64,000 nucleotides of DNA, from positions 4,391 to 68,390 of the IMG/VR virus record IMGVR_UViG_3300010413_000039. One strand, given 5' to 3'. The notes below the pieces were generated by a model. The model did no database searches, had not been told where the DNA came from, and saw nothing but the letters and a program-made list of their open reading frames with translations. Positions 9,476 to 20,500 of the stretch are shown here, in pieces; within the stretch, counting starts at the first letter, position 1; each line of letters begins with the position of its first letter. Source of the stretch: a virus. The translations under genes and the position numbers were made by a program.

Positions 9476-12400
9476 ATGGCTGAACAGGAAATCTTTAGAA
9501 TTGAAGGTGATGCTAGTGATGCTATACAAGCATTAGAGCAACTTGCAAGTGCCTTAGAAAACTTACCTGCTATTGTACAGAAAATATCTAAGTCTATATC
9601 TTCTATGGGAACTAGTGTTGATAAGTCCCTTAAAAAGATAGAGACACGTATTGATTCCCTTAATGCAAAATTAGAAACAAACCAACAGAAGTTTAAGGAA
9701 ACTGGTGCATCTATTACAAGTATAAGCAGACGTGCCAATACCCTGAATACTAAAATGGAAACTCAGGGTAAAATATATTCTGATGTACATAAATCTGTAG
9801 GTAGTGTTAATACAGCATCAAAACAATTAAATACCAGTCTTTCAAATGTTTCAAAATCTATGGAAAAGGTTGGTTCTAGTGCACAAGCATCTACATCTAC
9901 AGCATCAACTGGTCTTAAGAAAGTAAATACACAGGCACAGGCGGTAGCATCAACTCTTTCAGCAAAACCATCAACTGCAGGCGGTGCTAGTATTGGGGGC
10001 ACAAGTGTTGCTGGAATTACCAAATTTTCTAAATCACTAAGTACATTAGGAACTATTACTACTGGTGTTGTGGCTGGATTCAAGGTTGTTGGTGGGGCTG
10101 TACAACAAGCATTCAAAGGTGCTGGTTCTTTAATACAAGGTTTTGGTAGGGGTCTAATGACCATACATAATACAACCATGACACTTGTTAATTCTGTACG
10201 TATGCTTGCTCAGGGTATAACAAACGCTGGTAGAGCCATGATGTTTTTTGTGTCTCTTCCATTAATTGGTTTCCTAACAAAGGCAACAACAACAGCCATT
10301 GATTTTGAAGATGCTTTAGTACGTACAGGTAAAACAACCAATCTTTGGTGGGGTAGTGGTCTAGATGAACTAAAAAGCGGACTTAGGGAACTTGCTAAAT
10401 ATACATCTACGTCACATACAGAACTTGCTGTTATGGCAGAGCAAGTTGGTCAGTTAGGTGTTCGTGGTGTTGATAATATATTGAATCTGGTAGATTTGTT
10501 CAATACCATGACAATAACAACTGATTTATCAGCAGATTCTGTTGCTAAGAGTATGGGTAAGATTGGTAATGCCTTTGGGTATAATCTGAGTTCTGCTGGT
10601 GGTGTTAGAAACTTAACTGCTCTCGCAACAACGATCAACAGGCTAGAAAATGAGACAGCGGCTAGTGCTGATGAAATCGTTACATCTATGTTGAAGTGGG
10701 CACAAATGGCAAGCCAAATGAAGATATCAGCGGCTGAGGCGGCAGGTTTATCTGCAAGCATGATTGCTTTGGGTATGTCTGAGGAAGAGTCTGGTACTGC
10801 CTTAAAGAATGCATCTTTGTACATGGCGGCTAAAATTGATAAATTACAAAGTGCCCTTAGATTACAAGAGAAATACAACACAATAGAAAAAACAAGACAG
10901 CAGTTAGACAGAGATCAGGTGGGGGTATTTCTTGATCTTGCAGAGGCGGCTAAAGAGTATGGTTCTAACTCAGAGGCTATGACTACGCTTATAGAAATCG
11001 GTAATTTGCGTGGTGGTAGGGCACTTATGGCTATGGCAACAAATGTTAACTTTGTAAGGGAGAACTTACAAAGAGCAAATAGTGAGTGGGAACACGGTAA
11101 CTCATTATTTGAAGAATATGAAAAAGCCATGACATCAACAAAGAATCAGTTAGGTGTTCTAAAAAATAATATTAGTGATGTCGGGATAACTCTTGGAGAA
11201 ACATTACTTCCTCAAATAAATAAACTTGTAAGTGTTTTAATACCCGCAGTACAGGAATTTAATAAATGGTTTGAAAGTCTGGATTCAAAGACAAAACTAT
11301 TGGCTGTTGGTATAGCACTATTAATTATAGTTATCGGCCCATTGTTGTTCTTTTTTGGTCAAATCATACATGCTGTATCACTTATAGCATGGGGTTTTGG
11401 TACATTAATTGGTTTAGTTCCTAAACTTATAATGGGGATTGGCAGTCTCATTATGACAATAGCTGGTCTTGGTAAATTTGCACTCCTAATTCCTGTTGGA
11501 ATCGTAGGCGGTATATTACTCCTAATGAAGTTTTTGGGAAAGACTGGTGCGGATATAGCAAAAGTATTTACAGACATAGCAAGTAAGGCTACTCAGTGGG
11601 GAAATAACCTAGCAAGGAACTTTGGTCAGGGATTCCTTGCTGGTGCTGTTAAATTTATTGCAACAGCGATAGCAACGGTTGCTAGAATGATTGCTGGATT
11701 CTTTGAATCACACTCTCCTCCTAAAGAAGGCCCACTAAAAGGAATAAATAAGTGGGGAACTGCATTAATGGAAACCTACCTAAAAGGTTTTGAGCTTGCA
11801 GATTTTGGCATACTAAAAGATATCTCTGGATATATAGAAAAAATATTAACTATGGGCAAAGAGGGTATGCCTCTTGCAGAGTCCCTTGGAAACTTAGCAA
11901 AGGCAAGAGTTATAATTTCACAAGTTGTTGATAGATTTAATAAGACTGGTCAAATTGCTTATGATCTTCTTGATAAAATGGTTAAGGGTACTGGAAAATA
12001 CGGAAGTAAGTTAAAGGACTTACTTGTAACCCAACTACAGTATAAAAAAGTACAGCAAGAATTAGCCAATATAGAAAATAGAAGAAAAGAAATTGATCAG
12101 GAATTTAGGGATTCAATAAAAAGAATATCACAGGCTGGTGATGTTGGGTATAAGGTATCAGAAATAAGAAAGGCGAAAAGAGCACGTGATGATGAATTAC
12201 GCTCATTAAAGATGAGAGAGGAGATGCTTGAACGTCAGGAAGAGTACCTTAAAGAGCAAGTAGAACTTCAAAAAGCTATGCTAGATGCTCTTCTTGATCA
12301 AGAAGATATATTCCAAAGAATTGCTGATATTATAAAGAGTTTGGGAGAAAGTCAAGGCGGTGGTGGTGATCTAGGTGGTGTTGCATTTCCTGATCCTGAT

Positions 12401-14359
12401 GAGATGAGTGATGTTAGAAATGCGATAGATGAGGCAGGTCGTACATTTGAATCATTCAAAGAAAGAATCGGGGAGGCTAAAGAGGCATTCCAAGGATTTT
12501 TGGATGGTTTCTCAGGAACTGATATGAAATCCCTAGAAGAGTTTGCTAACATTGACTGGACTACGGGAACAACAGCAGAAAATATAAAAGAACTATTAGA
12601 TAGTAAACCACTATATGAGTTTTATACACAACTATATAATATAGGGCAAACAGCAGGAGAGATAAAAGGAAAGATAGCAACATTTGCAAGTACGGTTTCT
12701 GTTTATTGGGAAAATCTTAAAACATTTTTTGGTGGTGTTAGTGCATTCTTTACAGAACTTAGCAAGCCAGAAAGTCCACACATGAGAAATATAGGACTTC
12801 GTGGAGAAGAACTTGCTGGTGGTGGTGCTAGTCAGTTAGACAATATACAAAAATTTGTTGATACGGTTAAGAAAGTAATTGACATACCAGTTGATCTACT
12901 AAAGGGGATTTTCGAGAATATATTAGCCTATTTAACAGGTTTTTATAAAGGAATGGAGGGTACTGATTTCATTGCACTCTCTGGTGCAATAAAAAGATTT
13001 ATTGACGTTCTTTCTGTAGATTCTGGTGAAGGTAGTTGGGCAGAGGCTGGTGGAAAATTAGTTAAAATTATATCATTTATTATAGGATTAACCGCTGGTA
13101 GTGGTATTAGAAGGGCTATTGGTGGTTTCTCAATGCTTATCGAACTTATAACGCAATTTATTGGGGCACTAAAAGGACAACCAGCAGACTGGTCTAACTT
13201 AACTAAGATGTGGGATGCATTTTGGTCACTATCACCGTCAGAAGAACAATTGGTCGGGTTCTTTAGTAAGGGAGAAGACGCTGGAACTTTTCTTGCAGAC
13301 GGATTTAACGCAGGCGTTGAAGAAAATATTCAACCATTTACTCCCCCTATGGGTGGATATGATTTTACTGGTGCATATAGTGGTGGGACTGGTGGAGTTC
13401 CAGCAACTTTTTGGAGTGATATACTAATAGGAGATGGTGGAGACCTAGAGAAGGTTGGGAGTAGCGCACTTAGTATTGTACAAGAGGGTCTTGTAAGTAC
13501 AGAGAAATCATCAGTTCCTATAGCCGAGACATTATTTGGAGAACCAAAGAATGCTTTTGAGGAGTGGGCAACCAGCGCAATAGATGGGTTATTTGGATTT
13601 TTGGCTGAACCGAAAGATGGTGTGGAAACAAGTCCTTTTATTACAGCCATGTTTGGTGATGCAGAAAATAACGCATCTACTGTCGGCCAAGATATTATGA
13701 CTGGTATTGGTACTGGTATATCAACAAGTGATGCTGGAACTACAGCAATTAAAGATGCATCACAGCAGATAATTGATATGGCTAAAGAGAAATTTGGCAT
13801 TAAATCTCCATCAGAAGTATTTTCTGCTATGGGTATTGATTTGATGCTTGGTTTGGAAGAGGGTATTTTATCTAAAGTGGGTTCTGTATTTGCTAGTGCA
13901 AGTGGTGCTATAAATACTGCTATCCAAGGGATGACAGCAAGCGGTAAAGGTGCTATGAGGCAGATGGGTATAGCACTTGGTTCTGGATTTGTTGAAGGTA
14001 TCCGTACAATACTTCTTGCAATAGCAGGTAGAGCACCATCCCCATTTGCAGAATATTTGACACAACTTGCTAAGGGTTTGAGTATCAGTTCCCCATCAAA
14101 AGTTGCTGAGGAAATAGGTACATACTTTGGAGAAGGTTTTGTTCAGGGTGTTGCTGGTGTTATGGACGCTAATGCATTTGCATACGATGCGGCTAGTTTC
14201 TATGAAACAAACAACGGAGTTATGAGTCCAACTATCATCATAGATAATCCGATTGTGTCTGATTCTGCAGATATTGATCTGATGGTAGAGAAAATAAAGG
14301 ATGCTTTGGCGCACGATGTATATAAAGCAACAAAGTTTGGTGGGTATACGAGTTTCTAA
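9476..14359 (+). CDS. tail tape measure protein (TP901-like core)
   Basis: 1627 aa, Ala/Gly-rich helical; AIDFEDAL core, hydrophobic segment, GIKSPS/SISSPS motifs. Confidence 0.92.
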   Translation: MAEQEIFRIEGDASDAIQALEQLASALENLPAIVQKISKSISSMGTSVDKSLKKIETRIDSLNAKLETNQQKFKETGASITSISRRANTLNTKMETQGKIYSDVHKSVGSVNTASKQLNTSLSNVSKSMEKVGSSAQASTSTASTGLKKVNTQAQAVASTLSAKPSTAGGASIGGTSVAGITKFSKSLSTLGTITTGVVAGFKVVGGAVQQAFKGAGSLIQGFGRGLMTIHNTTMTLVNSVRMLAQGITNAGRAMMFFVSLPLIGFLTKATTTAIDFEDALVRTGKTTNLWWGSGLDELKSGLRELAKYTSTSHTELAVMAEQVGQLGVRGVDNILNLVDLFNTMTITTDLSADSVAKSMGKIGNAFGYNLSSAGGVRNLTALATTINRLENETAASADEIVTSMLKWAQMASQMKISAAEAAGLSASMIALGMSEEESGTALKNASLYMAAKIDKLQSALRLQEKYNTIEKTRQQLDRDQVGVFLDLAEAAKEYGSNSEAMTTLIEIGNLRGGRALMAMATNVNFVRENLQRANSEWEHGNSLFEEYEKAMTSTKNQLGVLKNNISDVGITLGETLLPQINKLVSVLIPAVQEFNKWFESLDSKTKLLAVGIALLIIVIGPLLFFFGQIIHAVSLIAWGFGTLIGLVPKLIMGIGSLIMTIAGLGKFALLIPVGIVGGILLLMKFLGKTGADIAKVFTDIASKATQWGNNLARNFGQGFLAGAVKFIATAIATVARMIAGFFESHSPPKEGPLKGINKWGTALMETYLKGFELADFGILKDISGYIEKILTMGKEGMPLAESLGNLAKARVIISQVVDRFNKTGQIAYDLLDKMVKGTGKYGSKLKDLLVTQLQYKKVQQELANIENRRKEIDQEFRDSIKRISQAGDVGYKVSEIRKAKRARDDELRSLKMREEMLERQEEYLKEQVELQKAMLDALLDQEDIFQRIADIIKSLGESQGGGGDLGGVAFPDPDEMSDVRNAIDEAGRTFESFKERIGEAKEAFQGFLDGFSGTDMKSLEEFANIDWTTGTTAENIKELLDSKPLYEFYTQLYNIGQTAGEIKGKIATFASTVSVYWENLKTFFGGVSAFFTELSKPESPHMRNIGLRGEELAGGGASQLDNIQKFVDTVKKVIDIPVDLLKGIFENILAYLTGFYKGMEGTDFIALSGAIKRFIDVLSVDSGEGSWAEAGGKLVKIISFIIGLTAGSGIRRAIGGFSMLIELITQFIGALKGQPADWSNLTKMWDAFWSLSPSEEQLVGFFSKGEDAGTFLADGFNAGVEENIQPFTPPMGGYDFTGAYSGGTGGVPATFWSDILIGDGGDLEKVGSSALSIVQEGLVSTEKSSVPIAETLFGEPKNAFEEWATSAIDGLFGFLAEPKDGVETSPFITAMFGDAENNASTVGQDIMTGIGTGISTSDAGTTAIKDASQQIIDMAKEKFGIKSPSEVFSAMGIDLMLGLEEGILSKVGSVFASASGAINTAIQGMTASGKGAMRQMGIALGSGFVEGIRTILLAIAGRAPSPFAEYLTQLAKGLSISSPSKVAEEIGTYFGEGFVQGVAGVMDANAFAYDAASFYETNNGVMSPTIIIDNPIVSDSADIDLMVEKIKDALAHDVYKATKFGGYTSF

Positions 14360-14371
14360 TTTGGAGATAAC

Positions 14372-15862
14372 ATGGCATTATTTACATTATCACTAACAAA
14401 TAACAGCGAGACTATTGATTTCTTAGACAGCACTACTTTCAAAGTAATGGATGGTGGGTTTGATATAGGCACTCCATCAAATAAGAGAACACTAGCACCT
14501 ATTCGTGAAGGTTTTTACATACCACTTAATTCACCAGCGTCTTATAGAGAATCAACTATAAAATTCTCTATTCACGGTACAACAAGATCAAACTGTATTT
14601 CATCGTTACAGAAATTACAGAGGATAATAAATAGTATTCATAGACGTGAGTTCATAGAGCAGGGTAGAAGAGGTCAGTTATCGTATGCATGGTCTGGTGC
14701 AACAAATGTAACCTATTTCGAGGTGTTTGGTGCAGATTTTATTGAACAGCCAGATGACATTCTATCTGTGGAAAAGATACATAGGAACATAGGAGGTGAT
14801 TATGTAATACCTGATTTGAAAATAAAACTATATCTGAGTGCTGTTGGATACGGTCTTTCAATATACTCTGCAGTAACAAATGAGTTACAGCTATCAACAG
14901 CCTATGAATCAGCAAAGACAGGTGGTGTTGGGATAGAGAATGCTGGTAATGATACGGGTAACAGTAATTGGGTGCAAATAGCAAGTACACAAGTTCCTGG
15001 TTCAAGTCCTTACATTATTAAATTATACCTACAAAGTGGATCAACTTACTCTTTATGGAATACCATGTACATTACCCATCAAATTGGGGATACATCAAAA
15101 CTAACAATCTTTGATGTTCAAGATGGTACAGACTTAATTGGTGGTATAGGCTCACTTGTAACGGATGACTATGCAAACTATAATTCAGCCAAGACAACAA
15201 GAAAATATTTCCAGATACCGATAGATGGGGATGATGGATTTTATTCACAAGAAATTGTGTTTGGTTGGGACTTACCAAATCAGATAGGTACATTTCTTGC
15301 ATTACTTCACTCAACTTCTCAAAAATTTAGCACCAGTGTTGCTTATAGATTTGCTTTAGGGTATTCAAGTTATTGGGATCATGTTATTAATTACGATTGG
15401 ATTTCATCAGCAAATTACTATATGTTGCCTCTAGGGATAGTTACTCTACCGCCTGGCGACAAAGATATTTATCAGGCAGGGAATATAGAATCATTAAAGA
15501 TGGGATTTGGTTTGAATGGTAGCCCAAACGGGGGTGTTGGTTATAACACATACGTTGATTATCTAGAACTCATGCCAGCTAACAATGGGGTAAGAATACT
15601 AACAAATAAAACACAGGTAGGAAGTACAAATACTGGTATATTTATTGATGATTATTGGCAGGGACTGGCATATTATTTGCGTACTGGTGGGTATGTATCA
15701 AACATTGTCCCTCTCATGTCACCAATATTCCTAGAACCAGCAACTACACAGAGATTATATTTCCATAGTTGTGGTTATGAGAATCATGGGACAGTTGAGA
15801 GAGGGAGGGAATTTACTGTAAAATTGTATGCTGTCCCAACTTATGAGACTTTAGCGGAATAA
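14372..15862 (+). CDS. distal tail-like protein
   Basis: Immediately follows the tape measure; beta-rich. Confidence 0.6.
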   Translation: MALFTLSLTNNSETIDFLDSTTFKVMDGGFDIGTPSNKRTLAPIREGFYIPLNSPASYRESTIKFSIHGTTRSNCISSLQKLQRIINSIHRREFIEQGRRGQLSYAWSGATNVTYFEVFGADFIEQPDDILSVEKIHRNIGGDYVIPDLKIKLYLSAVGYGLSIYSAVTNELQLSTAYESAKTGGVGIENAGNDTGNSNWVQIASTQVPGSSPYIIKLYLQSGSTYSLWNTMYITHQIGDTSKLTIFDVQDGTDLIGGIGSLVTDDYANYNSAKTTRKYFQIPIDGDDGFYSQEIVFGWDLPNQIGTFLALLHSTSQKFSTSVAYRFALGYSSYWDHVINYDWISSANYYMLPLGIVTLPPGDKDIYQAGNIESLKMGFGLNGSPNGGVGYNTYVDYLELMPANNGVRILTNKTQVGSTNTGIFIDDYWQGLAYYLRTGGYVSNIVPLMSPIFLEPATTQRLYFHSCGYENHGTVERGREFTVKLYAVPTYETLAE

Positions 15863-15866
15863 CATT

Positions 15867-17549
15867 ATGAAATTTTATGCTCTCATTTATGATGATATAA
15901 CAGAGAAGGTTTCTACTGGATCACATGATGTCTCAGATACCGTTAGTTTTTCAACTAAAGTACACGGTGGTTATTCAGCATGTAGCTTTGATATATACGG
16001 TTCTGCATCAGACAGACTTGAGATGTTTAGTTCTTATTTAGGTAAATCGGTTGTTGTTGTTGACATGTTTGGTTTCAGGTGTTTTGAGGGAAGGATCACA
16101 AGCCTGTCAAATCAGAAAGGATTATTGGCAACTGAATGCTCTGGATATTATGAAGATGGGGCTAATGTGTTTGATGACCTTATCTATCTTGCTGATCCTG
16201 CAAAAACAAACTATATAAATAATCCTAGTTTCGAGAATAACGTAACCGATTCATGGACACATAATGGGGAGGGAACTGTTGCACAGGATTCATCACAGGC
16301 ATTCTACGGATATGATAGCTTAAAAGCTACACAACCATCAAGTTCTGGTGATGAATTAGAGTTTTATACCACAATAAATACGACAGGAACTTCATTTACA
16401 TTCTCTTTATATGCCAAAAATGGCAACATAGAGACAACGCCTCAGATATATATCATTCAAAAAGATGGAACTGGTGGAGGTGGTAGTGAATTAAAGTCGT
16501 CTTCAAAGAGTTTATCTGCTATGTCTGATTCACAGTGGATAAGATACTCTGTATACATAGAACAATCTGAAACTGGTATTCAAAGTGTCATATTAAAACT
16601 TACAGTAAAAGGTGACAGTAAGCAGGGGTATTTCTACGTGGATGCTGTGCAGTTTGAGGGAGAAGATATAAGCTCTTACCTAGATGGCGATCTTGGTGAT
16701 GGGTATGATTGGACTGGAACTGCACATAACAGCCCAAGTACACGTGAAAATATGTATCCCTATGCCAGAGATATTATTCAGGATGCTTGTGATCTAGTAC
16801 CCTCTTGGGGAAAACCAGTATACTCTGGAAACTTTGATTCAAGAATAGATGTAGATATGGACTTTTCTCAGGTAAAAGTATCGGATGCTGTGGTTGATAC
16901 ATTGAAGTTTGGTTTTAGTAATACTTACTTTCTTCCAGCATACCTTGTAATATATACAACAAGAATTCCACAGATCGTAGTTGAGCAAACATCAGTCAAC
17001 CCTGATTGGTATCTCGATGTTAAATTATTGACAAATGATTCTATTGGTATGGAAGTCTCACTTAACGATGTGTTTAATAGAGTATTCGCTGTATATGATA
17101 ATGCCAATGATGGTATAAGTGTTACAGAACCTGCCAATAACTATGCATCACAGGTAAGATACGGGGTAAGAGAGGGTTTGATAGATAATGGCGATACGCC
17201 AGGCGGTCTTGCATTAGCGGAAGATTTGAGAGATACAGCACTCGAAAAGTATAAAAATCCTAGACGTGTTGTATCTATAACACTTGGTGGTTATGTTAGG
17301 AACGGGTCTGGTTCTAGGGACTATGTGTACAAAATACGTGCTGGACAAAATGCTGTCTTATCTGATCTTGATTTATTTAGTTCTCAGGCAAATTATCTTA
17401 GTTCTGAATCGAGCGTACCTTTGAACGGGTTTATATTTTCTACAGACTATGATGTTAAAAATAATACAATTAAGATAGATATAGGTACAGATGATCTTTC
17501 GTTTGAAGTGTTAATGAGCAGGTTAGGTTTGAGTGGGGGATTGAAATAA
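15867..17549 (+). CDS. minor tail/baseplate hub protein with a carbohydrate-binding-like module
   Basis: NYINNPSFE...FYVDAVQFE CBM-like insert; tail synteny. Confidence 0.65.
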   Translation: MKFYALIYDDITEKVSTGSHDVSDTVSFSTKVHGGYSACSFDIYGSASDRLEMFSSYLGKSVVVVDMFGFRCFEGRITSLSNQKGLLATECSGYYEDGANVFDDLIYLADPAKTNYINNPSFENNVTDSWTHNGEGTVAQDSSQAFYGYDSLKATQPSSSGDELEFYTTINTTGTSFTFSLYAKNGNIETTPQIYIIQKDGTGGGGSELKSSSKSLSAMSDSQWIRYSVYIEQSETGIQSVILKLTVKGDSKQGYFYVDAVQFEGEDISSYLDGDLGDGYDWTGTAHNSPSTRENMYPYARDIIQDACDLVPSWGKPVYSGNFDSRIDVDMDFSQVKVSDAVVDTLKFGFSNTYFLPAYLVIYTTRIPQIVVEQTSVNPDWYLDVKLLTNDSIGMEVSLNDVFNRVFAVYDNANDGISVTEPANNYASQVRYGVREGLIDNGDTPGGLALAEDLRDTALEKYKNPRRVVSITLGGYVRNGSGSRDYVYKIRAGQNAVLSDLDLFSSQANYLSSESSVPLNGFIFSTDYDVKNNTIKIDIGTDDLSFEVLMSRLGLSGGLK

Positions 17550-20500
17550 TGAATATCAATAAGCAGGTTGTTGACCAACTTAGCAGGTGGTTTGTCAGGA
17601 GAGACAAAGATACCACTTTTGGTGGGCATTTACTTCCTAGTGCAGAGAGTACCTATAATATAGGATCGTCTGATAGGAGAGTAAATGTTTTATATGCAAG
17701 GGCTGTTGTTGCTGATAATCTAGGTACAACGGAAGGCGGTGGTATAGGTAATGCAGATACAGTTGATGGGTATGATGCATCATCAACACCTACCGCAAGT
17801 ACGCTGTTACCCCTAGATGGTTCTGCTCAGTTTCCAACATCTGTATACCCTAATGCTCTGCTTGTTGATGGTTCTAGGGCACTGACTGGAAACCTATCTG
17901 TAAATGCTGGTATAACAATAGATGGCGTTGATATAGGTGCACATGCAAGTAATGCAGATGCCCACCACAGCAGATCACACGGTATTACAAGCTCATCAGA
18001 CCATACTGTAACAGGGTCTACACAGCAACTTGTTGGATTAACTGGCACTAATACTTTAGGTTTGTTGACACCATCAAGCAGTCCTGGCGCATCTTCTCAA
18101 ATATTAAAGAGTGATACGGATGGTAGACTTCGTTTAGAGGAGTTGGGTCTTGGAAATTCTCCAAGCGCATACTATAAACTATATGCTGTACAATCAAAAA
18201 CATCACCTGGGGTAGGAGTTGGTGGTATATATAGTCAAGCGGTTATATCAGACGTTGCTACATATTATGGAAGTGGTTTATTTCTTTTAGAACAAGCTCA
18301 AACAGCGTCTAATAACAGTTTGACGATGACTAACCTGCTTGCACGTTATGTACACAATACGACATATAACCATACTGGTGCTATTTATAATCTCGTAAGT
18401 GAAACATACTCGTATAGTACAGGAGATATAAGTAATGTATATGATATAGTTGCTGGTGCTGGATATGATCAGTATAGCAGTACGATTTTAGGTAATAGGT
18501 TTGGTGTTCTTGTACAAGATTCAAGTTTCTCTATATCTGGTGCTCAATATGGTTTATATGTTAGCTCATTAACAAAAGGTGTCGATAACTATGCGATACT
18601 AACAAATAACGGATATGTTAAATTTGGGGATAATGTTGCTATTGTTGGTAGCCCATCAGAATACACAGGTTTATATATTGTTAGGGAGGGGTCTGGTGCT
18701 AGTGCTGTACATGTTTACGGTGAGCATATATTTGCATACTCTACAGATCATCAAGATGCATATAGTCTAACAGCATTATATGCACAGGCATATTTTCAAG
18801 ACACATCAAGCTCAAGTGTTGGTCTTGTTGGTGGCGAAATATCAGTATTCCATAGTACGGGGTCTACTTTAACAAGTGCAATAGGAGTTCAAACTAATGC
18901 ATACTTGTATTCAAGTGGAGAGATTAGCAATTGGTATGGTTTCTTTGTTGGTGGATCATTCCTACCAAGTGGGGGTTCTGTAGAATACAGGCGTGGTTTA
19001 TTTGTAGCACAACCAGCAACTGGTGTAGTTAATAATTACGCTATTCAAATAGAAGACCAGAGAAATGCAAGCGGTTTTACTTATGCAATATATTCTGGTG
19101 GTGGTGATATTCACTTTGCATACGGTGACATGACTTTAAATGATATAGACATTGAAACATCTAATTATGTATCACAGACTACTGGATGGGCAATCGGGTA
19201 TGATGGTTCTGCAGACTTTAGAAGTCTATATTCAGATGAAATAGTGACAAAAGCATTCATTGCAGAGGTATACGAATCTCTTGTTGGTGCTATTATTGTA
19301 ACAAAATCACGTGCTAAATTATCAAGATCATTTACCGTACCATTTGGTACTGAGATAGTAGGTATTTCTAGCAGTCTTACAGGAGTAAGCATAGTTGCTG
19401 TTGATACAGGCTCTGAGTATTTTTCTATATCTGGTGATCATACATCAGAAATAGCGGTTGGGGATAAGTTCACAGTAGCAGGATCAACTGGAAATGACGG
19501 TATTTGGACGGTAGCATCTACATCTTATGTTGATCCAAATACAAGAATATTTGTTTCTGGTGATATAACAGATGCAACAGTCGATGGGACTATATCTTTC
19601 CACCACTATTTCAGCATAGATGGAAACCATACTGCTAAGTTTAGCGTGTCTGATACAATTTACATAAACTACTCTACTGGTAATGATGGATCATATACTG
19701 TCGAAAGCACATACTATGATTCTGGAAATGATGAAACTGATATTTACCCAACAACAGCCATACCAGTATTGACTGTAGATGGTAATCTAGGTAAAGGAAG
19801 TACAATTTATCTGCAGGACTTGGAAGGATTAGAGGGTACACAGGTATTTTCTGCTAATGACTTTGTTGAGTTACGTGTAATTGATACATCAGGTGGCGGT
19901 CTTATCATGGTAAATGCTTGGGGGTCTGTAAGTAATTATACAGACTTGACTGGTGGTGAGCAATCATGGTTATTTGAGGCTGTTTACTCTGAATCTGGTT
20001 ATGGTCTTACAGTAAATAGCGGAAGTCTTGTATTGGATTATGGTCAACCAAGTTCTGGAAGTAGGGGTGTTGTAGAAATAACTGTTCTTGATTCTGCAGG
20101 ATCGCCTTATTCTCAGGTAAAAACGTGGGAAACAAATCCATACAACCCTGCTAACTGGACAACACATTTGAGAGAGGGTAATCTTGATGGTATCTCTGGT
20201 ATTGATCTAGAGTATGGTTTGTGGGCAGGTCAGGGTACAGGTGCTACTGATACGTGGATACTTCTATCAGACCAGAGTGCAGAAATTCACAACATGCCAC
20301 TAAAAATAAATGATGGGTCTAACAACACTATCTTATTAGAACCATCAACGCCTTATTTTAGCATAGGTTCTACAGCACCTACATCATATAGCAGTGGTTC
20401 TGGTATATGGATGGGTAAAGATAGTGGTGCGTTCAAGTTCCGTGTTGGAAACCCATCAGGAATAAGGTTTGCTTGGGATGGCACTGATGTTTATGTTGGT

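Noticed and set aside
9763-14314. Antisense ORFs within the tape measure (and similar ones in other long genes)
   Set aside because: Shadow ORFs of codon-biased genes, without SD or recognisable motifs
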